Part shown: piece after piece, positions 26,848-39,255 of the stretch
How positions within the stretch are numbered: the first letter of the stretch is position 1
How the letters are laid out: each line of letters starts with the position of its first letter
Source: Lepidodermella squamata
Taxonomy: Eukaryota; Animalia; Gastrotricha
Length of the DNA: 64,000 bases
NCBI GenBank assembly: GCA_047495785.1
Contig: JBLDXI010000013.1
Location: 3,534,001 to 3,598,000 of the forward strand
Reading direction: 5' to 3'
Notes under the pieces: model-generated
Told to the model about the DNA's origin: nothing
Seen by the model: the letters and a program-made list of their open reading frames with translations, nothing else
Databases searched by the model: none
Program-made: the position numbers and the translations under genes

Positions 26848-27841
26848 ATGGCTACCGTCGTTAAAAAGCGGCCGTTAACACCTGATGAAAATTCGACCGC
26901 TTGTGCTCCACCTGGTTGCAATGAAGTTGATCATAAGCCTAGCGCTTTTTCGAGCAACGAATTTTCGCATTCTGCCAAAATCATCAAGCCTGCTTGCATC
27001 GCCGAGGTGGAGACGAAGCTTTGTGATAGCAAAACACCAATCGCTGACCATGTCGATTGTTGTTTATCAGCTAAATCTGAACCGACCGAGTTCGCCGATG
27101 ATGTCAAGTTTGAAATTGACGAAAAATACGCCGCTGTCCTGGCTCGTTGCCGGCGTCTAACTTACCTGGATTTTCTTATGCCCGGCAAGGCTCCGATTCC
27201 TGACTCAGCTTTAATGGACGAAAAAGCGCGTGCATTTCTCGAAGGCGCTGATAGTTCGCCTGAAAGTCGAAAAGCAGCCTATCGGACTGTTCTTGATTTT
27301 ATCGGGTAAAAATGATTTTTTTTTAATTTTGGAGAATTATTGGAAATTGTTTCATTTTTGTTTACATAGACTGGCGCTTCACGATGCAATGGCGAATGGA
27401 GCCACGTCCAAATTGCTGAAAATTTGCTACGATAACTACAAGCGAACGCTGTACGATGAATTCAAGCACTGCAGCGGATGGCAAAACGAGTTGATCTGCA
27501 ACATTGGCGCTTGGAAAGGCAAGAAGCCATGGGTAATGGAAATTTCCAGCTTTTAATTTAATTTTTATTAAGGTAGGCGTTGTGCCGAAAATTGAATTTT
27601 TGATTGAAGTTTTTTGAATTTTTGCCAAAATAATTAAATTTCGCATTCATTTATTTCTTGATTTTTCATTTTTTAGTCTGATTTTGTCGGCAACCTTGCC
27701 GCTACTGTTCGCCGCCGTCGCCACGTGTACGAATCACATCGAGAGGTCCCAACTCCGGCTATTGCTCAGCCGAATGCCGAAGCCGAACTGCCACCTGGCG
27801 AAGCTCCGTTGATCGGCACCAAAGCTGAACCTGACTCTTGA
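26848..27841 (+). CDS. Orphan protein, 3 exons (26848-27305, 27370-27532, 27677-27841), N-terminal KKRP basic patch
   Basis: Canonical GT-AG junctions keep the frame; AATAAA downstream; no domain recognised. Confidence 0.65.
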
Positions 27842-28541
27842 TTTTTGTCCTTCATTTTACATCTTATTCTTACAATTGTTGAATCTTCATGATTTTTCCG
27901 CAGCTTGTAATATCCCGTGCGTTATGAGATCTTTTTGCAAATTTACCTCGTGGTATTAAAGGTGAGAATTTTCGAATAAATAAAAGACAATTTTGCATTA
28001 ATTGCCGTTCCATGATTCAGAATTTTTGATCTTATCAGCATATGAATTTTATCACTGCTGCAGTCTGGTAGTAAAATAGTAGATAAATTACACTACGCAT
28101 GCTATATTATAGCAAATTCTAGTATTATCTTGAAATATTCAACTGTGTGGTTTAGCGTAGTACCTAATAATTGACCTTTTTGATAACTTGTTTTACTAGC
28201 TCTGCTCTATTAGATCGTTTTAATGAGTACGAAAACATAGTCTTCAATTCAGGTAGAATTGCGCGAATATATTTTCATGTCACATAGCATTTAATTAAAT
28301 ACCGGTTTTGAGGCATGCGCAGCTGAGTCATCTTATTCCATTCAGTCATCAGTGTTGCGTGCATTTCTTTCAAAGTGAGGAAATAATGTTTAGTGCGAGC
28401 CGTTTTTTGCCTCATACACACACAGACACACATAACAAAAGCGTGTCATCACTTTGAGCCATTGAATTATTAATAAAAAAGTTTGTAAAATTTTAAAGGA
28501 TACGCTTGAACTATTACTGCTTACAATTTTAACAAAACAAC

Positions 28542-29755
28542 ATGGAGAATTGCGGCTATGAGGTTTGACCTTTATTAATTGCTATTACCTGGAAATTATT
28601 TTTCAATTATAGCGAACAAGATTTGTCGAAGACGTGGACGATGAGTTTATCTGCATTATTTGCTTCGGCGTATTTCGAAAACCCGTCATGCTCTATTGCC
28701 AACACACATTTTGCGCGGTTTGTAAAATTTCAATAAAATTTCAATTAAAATTCAGAAAAATGTAACTATTTTTTTCAGGGTTGCTTGTCTCAATGGCTGT
28801 CAACTCAAAACGTTAATGCTCGATGTCCAGTTTGTCAGGCAGCCGTCGATCGGACGAATGAACCGCGTGCCGCTCGAATGGTAATTTTCTCGCCAAAAAT
28901 TCGCGAATTTTTTTAAATAATTTTTTCAGGCCAATAATTTGAGTGCGAAATTTCAAATGTATTGTAAAAACCGAGACTCCGACTGTCCTGAAATCGTCGC
29001 GCTCGCTGAACTCGAAAAACACGAAGCCAAGTGCCGTTACACGCCAGTTCGGTGCCGAAACGCGACCTGCGGCCGCCAAGTTGGCCGATGTGTCATTGCC
29101 GAGCACAAAAAAGCATGCAGCCGCGTTTATTCGGCCGTTCAATCGTTTTACAATGATCGAATGAGCCCTCACGTTGTCCTAATGTCGAATCACAAGAAAA
29201 CTCGCCAAGAACTCGAGCAAATTCACAAAGAAATCTGCGCAGATTTGAAAGATATTTTCGCTGGGTAAATTTTGAGCATTTTCATGAATTTATTGGGAAA
29301 ATCTTACGCCGGTACCAAATTTCATTTAATTCAATACCTAACCATTTTATTCGTTTTTCAACTGGTTAGGGTTAGGGTTAGGGTTAGGGTTGGGGTTAGG
29401 GTTAGGTTAGGGTTAGGTTAGGGTTTGGTTAGGGTTGAAGACTGGGTCTTCAAATTGGGGATTTGGAACTGTTTGGAATAATTTGGTACGAAATTCAATG
29501 ATGTTTGGTACTGAATTCAATAATTTGGTAATGATTTCACTATATCCCAATTTATTTGAGATTTTCTTAAATTTTAGTGAGATGCAATATTTGAGTTCTC
29601 TCGACGCCTTTCTCGAGTCTCGTCTGCGGCGTTATCAGCTGAAAAATGACATTCCCCTCGCCGGCCTCGTCGGCATCGGAGTCGGTGCCGTAGCCGCGTG
29701 TTCAGCCGTTTTTGCGCCTGTTTTCGAACAAGCTCGTCGCTTTCTCTTCTCGTGA
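28542..29755 (+). CDS. RING + TRAF/SINA-type zinc finger E3 ligase (RNF41/RNF151-like N-terminus) with hydrophobic C-terminal tail
   Basis: GYERTRFVEDVDDEFICIIC..P..CQHTFC.GC..W..CPVC; C.N..C..HE.KC..C..C..HKKAC; tail IPLAGLVGIGVGAVAACSAVF. Confidence 0.85.
29295..29548. mobile_element. Small element carrying TTAGGG repeats, copy 2 (last intron of RING gene)
   Basis: Same unique arms as 9278-9496; 8-bp TSD AATTTATT; about 12 TTAGGG/TTAGG-type units. Confidence 0.85.
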
Positions 29756-29982
29756 TATCATCATGCTCTCTCTCTCTCTCTCTCGTCTTCCAAACAATTA
29801 TACGTTCACGTGATTTTTTGCCCTCGAAATCGAGCAATTTTTCTCAATAAACGTCATTGCGTCATTTTATTGCGTTTAAATCGAAGAAAATTCTTGAGGA
29901 AATATCGCATGATTTCAACATAAATATTAATAATTATTTATATAAGTTTTTCCTAATTGACGAAGATTTTGATGATTTTCTC

Positions 29983-32900
29983 TCAATCGAAGAAGCCTTG
30001 AGCGCGGAGGTAAGCGCGATTGCCAGTGCGATGAGCTTCGATCTCATCTCGGGACATTTCGAATGGGGTGATCAGAACATCATCGATGTGGCCGTCGAAG
30101 TAGCCGAAGTACTGGTCGTTGCCGATGACGTATGGGCAGTGGGCAATCGACAGGTAGCCGCCGACGAAATCGGTATCACCGAGAGCCTGAAAATCGAATC
30201 ATAGAATCAACACAATCATATATTATGACCTTCAAGGTAAATTAGCAAAGAAATAAAATTATCATTTATTATCTATAAAATTGAATCCGGAGAGAATTGG
30301 AATTGATGGCAATTTCTTGAAAAATGATTTTTCAGAAAATCACTTATTCATTCGAAATCATTAAATTCAATCAAAGTTCCGCTCTTCGTGCAGTTTCGAT
30401 TGGGAAAGGTCATGCTGAAAGGTCACACGATTTTGAAAGCAAACCTTTGGAAAAAGTTCCAAAGTTCGAAAAATTCCAAGTTAGAGCCGGAAACTTTGGA
30501 CGTAACCAGAAATTCAATATAAATCAGTTATCCCTAATTCCTAATAGTAATTCCTAATATTTTGATATTTTCGGAATAATTTGGGGAAGATCAAAAATTT
30601 CGGCAATTTTTCGAAGTTCCCTTGAACCTTTTGGCAATTTCAAAGAATTTTGCATGATGTTGGAAAATTATCGGGTAATTTTGCGAGTTCTAAATTTCAA
30701 TGTTCCCTATCCAAGATTACCCCGCTTTAATACTGAGAATTTTAGAGATTAAAATTTCAAGCGTTGTACAATGGCATTTATTTTTTCAAAAATTACCCCG
30801 TTGATGTATTGGCGAATGGTATTTCCGTTGTAGGTGACGCAAACGTGGTTCCAACCGCTCGATGGGGTCAGGGTGATGCCGCTGTTAACAGTCCTGCGAC
30901 CAACCGGGTGCCAGAAGTTGAGCAGACCCGAAACCGAATTATTCGGATTAGTAGCAATGATAATCGTGAATTCCGTCGTCGCCGCGTTCTTGTTGTTCGA
31001 CAGAATGCCGCCGTTGGAGTTGCAATTGAACGGCGAGTTGGTGTCGCAGCGGAAAAACGCGCACCACGAGCCGTGGTTGAGCATGTCGTAGGTCTTCAGG
31101 CCAGGGATTTCAATGCGGCCGTTGTCGACGAGCAGCGAACCGCCGGAGCCAGTCGCGCTGATCGTATCGACCTCGGCGCCGCCGTAGATGAACGTAGCCC
31201 ACTTGTAGATGGAGTAGTCTTTCGCGTCGGCGTCGAACGGAATCCAGAGGATAGCGCGGCGCCAGATGGGGATCGAAGGCACGGTGACACCTGTGTCGAG
31301 ATCGCATCGGCAGGTTTGAATGTTGAAGGCAACCGTCTCGGGGCAGTACATTTTTTCGGTGGGGAAACCTGAGAAAGCAAAAAACGATCGAAATTTTTAA
31401 AATTTTAAAATTTTTGAATTTAACATTATTAAATTTTAAATTTGATTTTTCAAATTTTTATTTAATCCAATTTTTCGGTACAATTTTTCTAGCTATTGGG
31501 TTATATAAAATTCACCGGGAACTCAAATTCTTTAAATTCGAAAAATTTCCAAAAAAAGATTCAAAATTCAAATTTCTAGAATTTAAGGACTTTTCTAAGG
31601 ATTTTCAATTTTTTAAATTGAGCGTAATAGATTCTAACCGTCTTCAGAGAGCTGAACGTAAGCGTTTGGTTCGCCAGGAACCAGAGAGATAAGTGAACCA
31701 AATGAATCGCGGCAAACAGTGCTGTTGACCTGGGTCGCCGGGCTGACGGTGGTTGCGACACCAGGCGCGTCCTGAGCGCACGCATCAGTGCAAGTCGTAG
31801 ACTCTTGACAGCCGCAGACACTCGCGTTGAATGACGTTCCAAGCGGGCAGCACATGCCGTAGGAGGCGGTGTTGGCGCAAGCGAAGAATTGGCGGCATCC
31901 AACACCGGCGTAGCAGCCAGCAGCGGCTGTTTCGTCGTCGCGGCAACGGTCAACGCAAGGAGTCGCACCTTCGGGCATGCATTGCAAAATCTAAGATTAA
32001 TCAGAAAAATTGAAATTAAAAAAATTAAAATCCTCCCTAATTTTTCGAATTTTCACATTTTTATATTTATTTACCGGCGTTTTGAAAACTATACAGAAAA
32101 AAGCGGATAAACTGACCTCATCATGCCAGAAAAGGCCGTCGGCGCATTTGCGGCGAATGCCAATAGCGTAGGTTTCGTTGAAGTAGAAGCACTGGTAGTA
32201 GTAGTGGCAGTTTTCTGGGTCGGCGTACAGATCTTTGTGGTTGCGGCGGTTGCGGCACTGGAAGCAGAAATCGTCCGGAACTTCGGGCGTTGTAACGTCG
32301 GGCAGACGAGTCGTAGTAGCCTACAAAGTACGATTTCAAGAAATGTTCGTGAAATTTCATAATTTCACAAATTTTATATAAATTGTAGGACAGAACTTGA
32401 AAAATTCGAAAATCAAGAGACTGAATTCTAAATAAATTGAATAGAAAAGTTTGAAAAAATAATTTATTACTATGCCAGAATGCGAAAGGGTCCCACTGTA
32501 TGCCTCCGGGTAGAGTTGTAAAGCACCGGGTCAACATTGTTGTTAAGTCAAATGCGAAATAGAATATTTCGAAGTGCGCCCGAACTCAAGGACATCAAGT
32601 CCGGTCTTTATAACAGGTGCGCGAAAAAGTATCCAAAGAATCCTACGACACTCGACAAACTATTCGAAATGCCGTCGACGGCGAAGTCGACGCTACGGCA
32701 AGCACTTGAAAACCTTGGCGGCAAAGGCTCAAATCGAAGCATTTCTTATATCTCACACGACAAAAATGAAATTTTTTGTATCACATCGAGAAATACGAAG
32801 ATGGTAAGTCGTTAATCGTTTTCGCGGATTTCAGCGCCTCGCTCATGCCCAGCGCTGGTTCTTGATAGAACCTTTGCCATTTCACCGCAAATATTTTACC

Positions 32901-35024
32901 AGATGTTTTCGATTCATACCTAGCGTGACGGCGCAACCTGCTTTCTTGCCGCGTTCTGCCTCCTGTCCGCCGATCTCTACACGGCATTGTTCGGCGCTAT
33001 AACGGCGGGTATCGAGGCGACGCACGAAGAGTTGCAAGTTGAGGAGGCCCCCTTCGACTACGAGAGCGGCTAGTGCCTGTCGTTCGCGAGCTGAAGGACA
33101 AGAATGGGGTCGAAGTTCGCGCATAGTCGGCTGTTTCTTCCATTTCTGCAAGGCGATTCGGAGCTGGGTCAACGACAAAGGCCCAAACGTGCTTTTCGAC
33201 TTTTTCGATTTCTAAAATCGATCTATTTTGAAGTGAATACGAAGCGTTAGCTTCACTCGATAATTGGTACAAAAACGGAATTGTTTGCGACAAGCTTCCT
33301 GTTCTAGCGCTGCCTGGCCGTAGTACCGATGGCGTCCTCTGTCGGTATTGCCGAACAGAGAGCCCGAAACCCTTGGACACGTCCTAGATGCATGCAGTCA
33401 CGGCAACGAGTTGATCATTGCCAGGCACGACGACGTGAAATGTCTTATCGCAAACGAGCTTGCCCGCCCAGTTTGGAAAATACAGGTCGAAAGACGCGGG
33501 GTAGCGACTAACGGTGCTTAGAGGCGATCCCTGGAGTCCCGAATCTAAAGAAGGCTGGATTCTGGACCCGACTGTGCAGTTCGATACCAACGCCCCAGAT
33601 TAGGCAGATTAGGCCGTCAAGCGGAGCAAATATGACCCTTGCATTCCATTCTACCTCGAATAACTTTATAAACTGAAAAACTTGACCCGTGGCTATAAGG
33701 GCCGGAGCCCGTGGAACCATCTCGCGGGGCGAGGCCATCCTAATGGTAATTGTAATGGTTGTGTGTATCGAAGCCCTCAAAATCACAATTTGATGGAGAA
33801 CGATATTTGTTCCTAGTCACACACAAAATATGCGATTTTTTCAATTTAGGAGAACATTTTTTGGCAAACCATACGAATTCAAAATTGATTTCCTGTGTCT
33901 CTAGCTACCCTATAAATGTTATATAAAGATGCCGTGGGTTAAATGGCTCACCCTGGTTGTCGTAGCTTTAGTTGTGGTTGCCTTGGTAGTCGTCGCCTTG
34001 GTTGTAGTTGCTTTCGTAGTAGTCGCCTTAGTCGTAGTAGCCTGGGTCGTAGTAGCCTTAGTCGTTGTAGCCTTGGTCGTAGTAGCCTTGGTTGTCGTCG
34101 CTTTGGGAGTAGTCACATCAGGCAGGCGAGAAGTCGTAGGCCTGGTGGTGGTGGTTGTGGTGGTCGATGTCGTAGTCGTAGTGATATTCACGCACAGCTT
34201 CTTCTTCAGCAGCGGGCAAACTGCAATGAGATCAGTCGGCTGCCTGGCCCTGAAAAACCATTCGCGAGACGTAGCCAGCGAAATCAGCGTCTCAGCGTCG
34301 TAGTTGCTGCCGACACCGACAACGATCAAAGTGGCGAGATTTTTCAGCTGCTGCGCGGCCGCGACGGCTCGGCTGTAGTCGACCGGGTTGCGATCGACGA
34401 CCAAAATAGCGTAAGTCGGGGTGTAGCTGCGCCAGCCTTTCGAAGGCACCAGGAGTTGGTTGAGAGCGGCTTCGATGCCGACAGAGATGCGGCTTGGGTC
34501 ACCCTGGTATGGGCCCATCAAGTAGCCACCAATGTACTCGAGCAGATTGTCAGTTGGCGTGTAAGAATTCATGAAAAATCGAACATTCGCCGTGTTGCCA
34601 AATCTTAAAAATCATTGCATCAACAAAATTAAAATTATTATTAAATTTTTTCAATTTTCAATTTTTACTAAAAATTAAAATTAAAATTTGAATTTATCAA
34701 AAATTTAATAAATTTAATATAATTTAAATAAGTTATTAAATTAAGTTAAAATTGAAAAATTCAACTTTTGAAAAAAATTGAAGTAACTTACTCGACTTCG
34801 CCAGCGCGAACATCGTTGCAGCGGAAATCGTCGGCACCAGTGATGATGGTGATCATAAAAGCGCGCAGGTAATTGGAGAAATCATCCTTCGAAAAGGTGG
34901 TGTGTTGAAAAATGAACGCGAAATTCGGCGAGCAGCACTTCAAAGGCGCCGGTGTTTTATTCGCTTGGCTGCCGATAGCCAAGCCGAGTACGGCTAAAAT
35001 AACGAGCGAAAACTTGCTGACCAT
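29983..35024 (-). CDS. Pif/BMSP-like secreted protein: VWA + Thr-rich linker + chitin-binding type 2-like modules + LamG/ConA domain
   Basis: Signal peptide at 35024; VWA fold motifs (AILVVD, IVVGVG, LISLAT); (TTKAT)n; phase-0 join across intron 32321-33951; DPENCHYYYQC..CADGLFW, GCRQFFAC..CPLGTSFN; LamG WNHVCVTYNG, YFDGHIDDV. Confidence 0.8.
32500..33900. mobile_element. Decayed transposon-derived sequence in the long intron of the Pif-like gene
   Basis: ORF remnants; 32537-32815 (PELKDIKSGLYNR..KYPKNP) resembles the region N-terminal to MULE transposase cores; termini not resolved. Confidence 0.35.
33955..34095 (-). repeat. Coding 15-bp tandem repeat, (KATTT)x about 10
   Basis: Direct translation; synonymous variation between units; bracketed by two RLPDVTTP copies. 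Confidence 0.9.
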
Positions 35025-35311
35025 TTCTTACTTGAAATTCACTGAAAATGTGATTTTTTCATTGAAATTCCTTGGCTTTAAAGGCAGGTTTCGTATCAGA
35101 CTAGCTCGTGCCGACTTTTTTAAACACCTTGCGGTCGCGTGATTCTTATTCAACAACAAAATACAATTAAGGCACAATGCTGACATTTTGGCGCAAACAA
35201 GAATTTATTAACAAGTCAAATTTACTCGTCCTGATTACAGATTTCAATTAAAAAACGAGATATTAATTAGCAGATTCGATTATTAATTAGTTGAGTATTT
35301 AGCTATTAATT

Positions 35312-38170
35312 CTAGGCTCCATGGCGCCGTTCATCGACGCCAATCATGACTTGCTGAGCGAAATTCGGAATTATTCCAAACAACACGATTGGCAAGCCGA
35401 GGTTCCAAGCAGCAGAGCAGTACATAATCTTAAAAAAAATGTAATTAATTTAATTAATTAAGCGTAAATAAGCCTTGCCGTTTTATCGAGCGCAACACAA
35501 TATTGTAACCAAACCTGAAAAATTGTATTGAAAAAATTGAATTAAAAATCGAGAAAATGACTACCTACTTTTTGTAATTCAGCCCGGCCAGGCGGAGCAG
35601 ATATCGTAGGGTTAGGCAAATAATTTCGCCTCGAATTGGTGCTTCCTCGAAGCAAACGGAGCGCATCAACAAGCCCATGGCTGTTCTTACTGCTCGCCTT
35701 CGAAGTCGACGCAGTACCCTTTGAATTCGACGAAGATTTCGAAGATTTAGTCAGAGCATTACGGCGGAATCTATTTTTAAATCGCCAGTAGAGACCGTCG
35801 TCTTCCGCGAATAAATTGATCGTGCCCATGTTTAATTCTTTAGAAAATTGCGACGAGCAAGTCGATGAACGGTAGCTGCCGTCGAACAACTCGTCATCGC
35901 CTTCATTTCCGTCCTTTTCTTCCTGTTTTTCCTTGTCTTCATCTTCATCAACCTGATCAGGCCAAACAATGCTGAATAACGCGATGAAGATCGCGTGGAT
36001 TGACGGCTCCTCGTTAGGAAATCGGAGGACGATATAGAGAATAATTGTCGAGATGATCAGAGCCAATACCAGGTTCACTAAAAATGAAATTCTTGCCTGA
36101 AAAAAATCAGAAAAATTAGTCAAAATTACCTGACATAATAGCCATGTAAATTTGCAACAGAGATTGAGCATCAGATGATTTAGGAATAGAATTCGCTACG
36201 CCAGCCTGAGTGACCGAGGTGCCGATAAAAAGGCTCGTCAACATGGTCATGCGACCAGGGTGTTCAACCGGCAGAGTGTGCGACAAAGTTTGCAAACACG
36301 CCAAAAGCAGTTGCGGGAAAATAAAGTACATGAAATAATACCTGAAAAAATGAATCGATTTAAAATCTCAAAGTAGGATCGAGAAAGGGGCTTACTGAGA
36401 CTTTCGTTTGAGCACGAAAATGAAGGTCATTTGCGAGAATAATTTGTTGTCGTAAGACGTATTTTCGTATCTCACATCGTAGTCTGAAATAATATTAAAA
36501 AAATTATTTACTTATTTTAGCAATTTCGATAACTCACCAACAAGAGCCCATTGATGATTTTGATAATATCTGAAAAAAATTCAAATTTTGAAAACTGGTT
36601 TTTCAATATTTTAGCCTACTCTTTGATGTCGACAACATTGCCGTCTTGATATGGCACGAAGCGAAGAAAAGTAATGGGATAAATCCAGCTCTCAACGATC
36701 ACTTCGCAATGTTGAGCTGAAAAACGTAAAAAATTAAATTAAAATTCATTTCAGTGAAATATATCCTTACAGTCAAATGGAAAAAATGCGATGTGAATGT
36801 TGCATCGAGTCGTCAATCGACCTGATGGAAAGTAGCCGACCTCGCCCAGGTAATCAACATCGACGGTGGTAACTTTTCGGGTCAGCTCGAAAGGATTGGG
36901 ACTAAAATTAAAATTAACGTAAATTTCTCGCTGAAATCTCTTAAAAATACCTATTGACTATGCTGATATCTGGGACCCATATTTCGGTCGATGAAACGGC
37001 GATCCAAGTTAGTGAGTCGTACTAAACGATCATAAAATAAATTAGGAATTTTTTGCTGACTTATCACTCACCTCAGCAGGGTTCCACCTCAAGAATTGAT
37101 CGAGCCATCTCTGCAAAATTGAAAAAATGTGATAGAATCTAAAAATAGGTCAAAACTAACCATTTTAAGGGCGGCGCTCATAACCATTAATTGGTCTCTG
37201 TTTGAACAGGAAAAAATTCTAGAAAAAAATGAATCAACTAAAAAATCGAAATGAGGAAATTGCAGCATTACCATTAAAACGGTTAACAGCCGATGAGTCA
37301 TCACCTTTCAACCTGTGATAAATTGAAAATGCTGTGAAAAGCGGGTGAAATGATCTTGGAATCGTACCAATTCATCGATCATCATGATGCTAAGTCCAAT
37401 TTCGACATCGATAACCTCCGTGTACTTTTTAGTCGGCCGAATGTTTTTCAAATATCGGCTTTTCGGCCCAAGCAGCTTCGCATACAATTCTTGTTCGGCA
37501 CTCATCGACCCATACGGCATATGGCTTGTTTTCGAAGCATTTGCTTTCCCTTTTAAAAAAAACAATTGCTAACTTAAAACCCCGAAAAATGGCTAACCGT
37601 CGACGGCTGCCGTCGTATCCTCAGCAGGGGCTGTGTAATATAGAAATGCCTTGCCATGTGGAGTCGTTTTTTTGTGAGAAACCGTTCGCAGCATAGTCGT
37701 CGTTTTCAGTTTATTGTACGACGGTGCTGAATGAAAAAATTGAAAAATATCCTCTATTTTCGGTGATACAAAATTGAATTACTAGTAGTAAGGTTGTATA
37801 TCTTCGGCGGCTTCTTTCTCCCAGAAAATACCCGCCTCGTTGTTGCCGTTTCAGTCTCATCAGTGTAGTAGTACGCGATATGTTCGTTAGCCTGTTGCCC
37901 GTTCGAATCTTGCACCTGAACGCGATTCGGCTTTTTTGCCGCATTTTTCGCCTTAGTCGGCGGTTGTTCCGGAGGGGGCGGCACCAAACCCGCAAGAAGC
38001 GAATATTGCGAGTAATAATCCGGTTCTTGCTGATCGGGCTCACGCAGTCGTTGAACACCAGATGGGCGTTTATCCTTCGATTGATCATCGTCGTCTGAGT
38101 ACTCAGAGTCCCAAAATTCAACAGAAAAACGTGGTAGGATCGCAAAAATAATTAAGGATAAGCAGAGCAT
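35312..38170 (-). CDS. Cys-loop ligand-gated ion channel subunit (nAChR-like, non-alpha)
   Basis: Signal peptide, IRP..VIDVEIGL, IWVPDI, Cys-loop CNIHIAFFPFDSQHC, ESWIY, M1-M4; no vicinal Cys in loop C; many small exons. Confidence 0.9.
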
Positions 38171-39255
38171 GTCGCCAGAATTTTCAGCAGAAGCGACAAA
38201 TCTAAAAATAAAATTGAAAAATCCACCGTAAAACGTGTGAATAAAATCTTTTAATGGATTTTTCCAATGAACGCTGTCTAAAAATTAAACTACCTAGAAA
38301 AATAATTCTGTCGATGGATTAAAATTGACCCGTGTAATCCGCGTCTGATCCCCCACTACAAAGTTGAATGCCAAAAAATGGCGAAAAATAAAAGAAAAAC
38401 TGTGGAAAGGATTGAAAATGAGCTCGGAAAATGCTAAGCTTTTATAGAAAATATCCGTGCGATTTAATGATAGGTAAAATTACAAAATACTCATCGCATC
38501 TTAATGACACCTTTTAACACGTTTTACGCGTGCCTGTTCGATGTAATAAACGTAAACAAAGCTACTCATTAAACACGCAATTAAACGCAAATTTCATACC
38601 GGCGCGATATAAATCGCGACCTATGTTCGCCCTGGAATGGTGGTAGCAGGCAGTATGTGTAATCAATCACTCACTGGGAGCAGGATGCTATTAAATGGCC
38701 GCGTGGTGAAAAACGCCTCTTCAGAGAGTTGAAACAGCGCGTTAAAAATTCACCCGGTGCGCCCGATAGGTACTCTAACCGTTAATAATAATATAGCGAG
38801 AGATTGAAAAACAAAACAACGTTTCATGCACCCGGCCGATATACCTTGATACGGCCAATAATCTCGAGTTGGAGCGTGATATTTTTGCGAATTTTTAACA
38901 CGGCACGATGTGTTATAGCGCATCATTATGATTTGACATTGTTTGTCGTGTTTTGAATGTCATCTCGGCCTGATGTTAGCGACAAGCTGTCTGCCAGTCG
39001 GCGAGTGATTTTTTATCTCTTCGCCGCATCGATATTTCACTTTGTTTGTCAAGCAATTTATTGTTGTCTACGCAAATCGATGAGTATACACTCATGTAGA
39101 AACTATGCAATGTAATATTTTTGTACGAAAACGTAAAGTTTTATTGAACAAAAATGAAAATCAAATATTTGGCCTGCCAGGGTTCGACAAGGCATATGTT
39201 TTAATCAGCGTAAAATTGGACAAAAAATCAAACCGATCCAGTTTTTGTTATTTTG

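Noticed and set aside
29366-29436. True telomere or chromosome-fusion scar
   Set aside because: Short, degenerate, single orientation, and embedded in a TSD-flanked element present twice in the window.
30764-31380. Several overlapping ORFs over the LamG exon
   Set aside because: By-products of GC-rich codon usage; only the minus-strand LamG frame has domain motifs and splice sites.
33929-34608. Plus-strand (VVVAL)n and Ser/Arg-rich ORFs
   Set aside because: Antisense shadows of the (KATTT)n and VWA exon.
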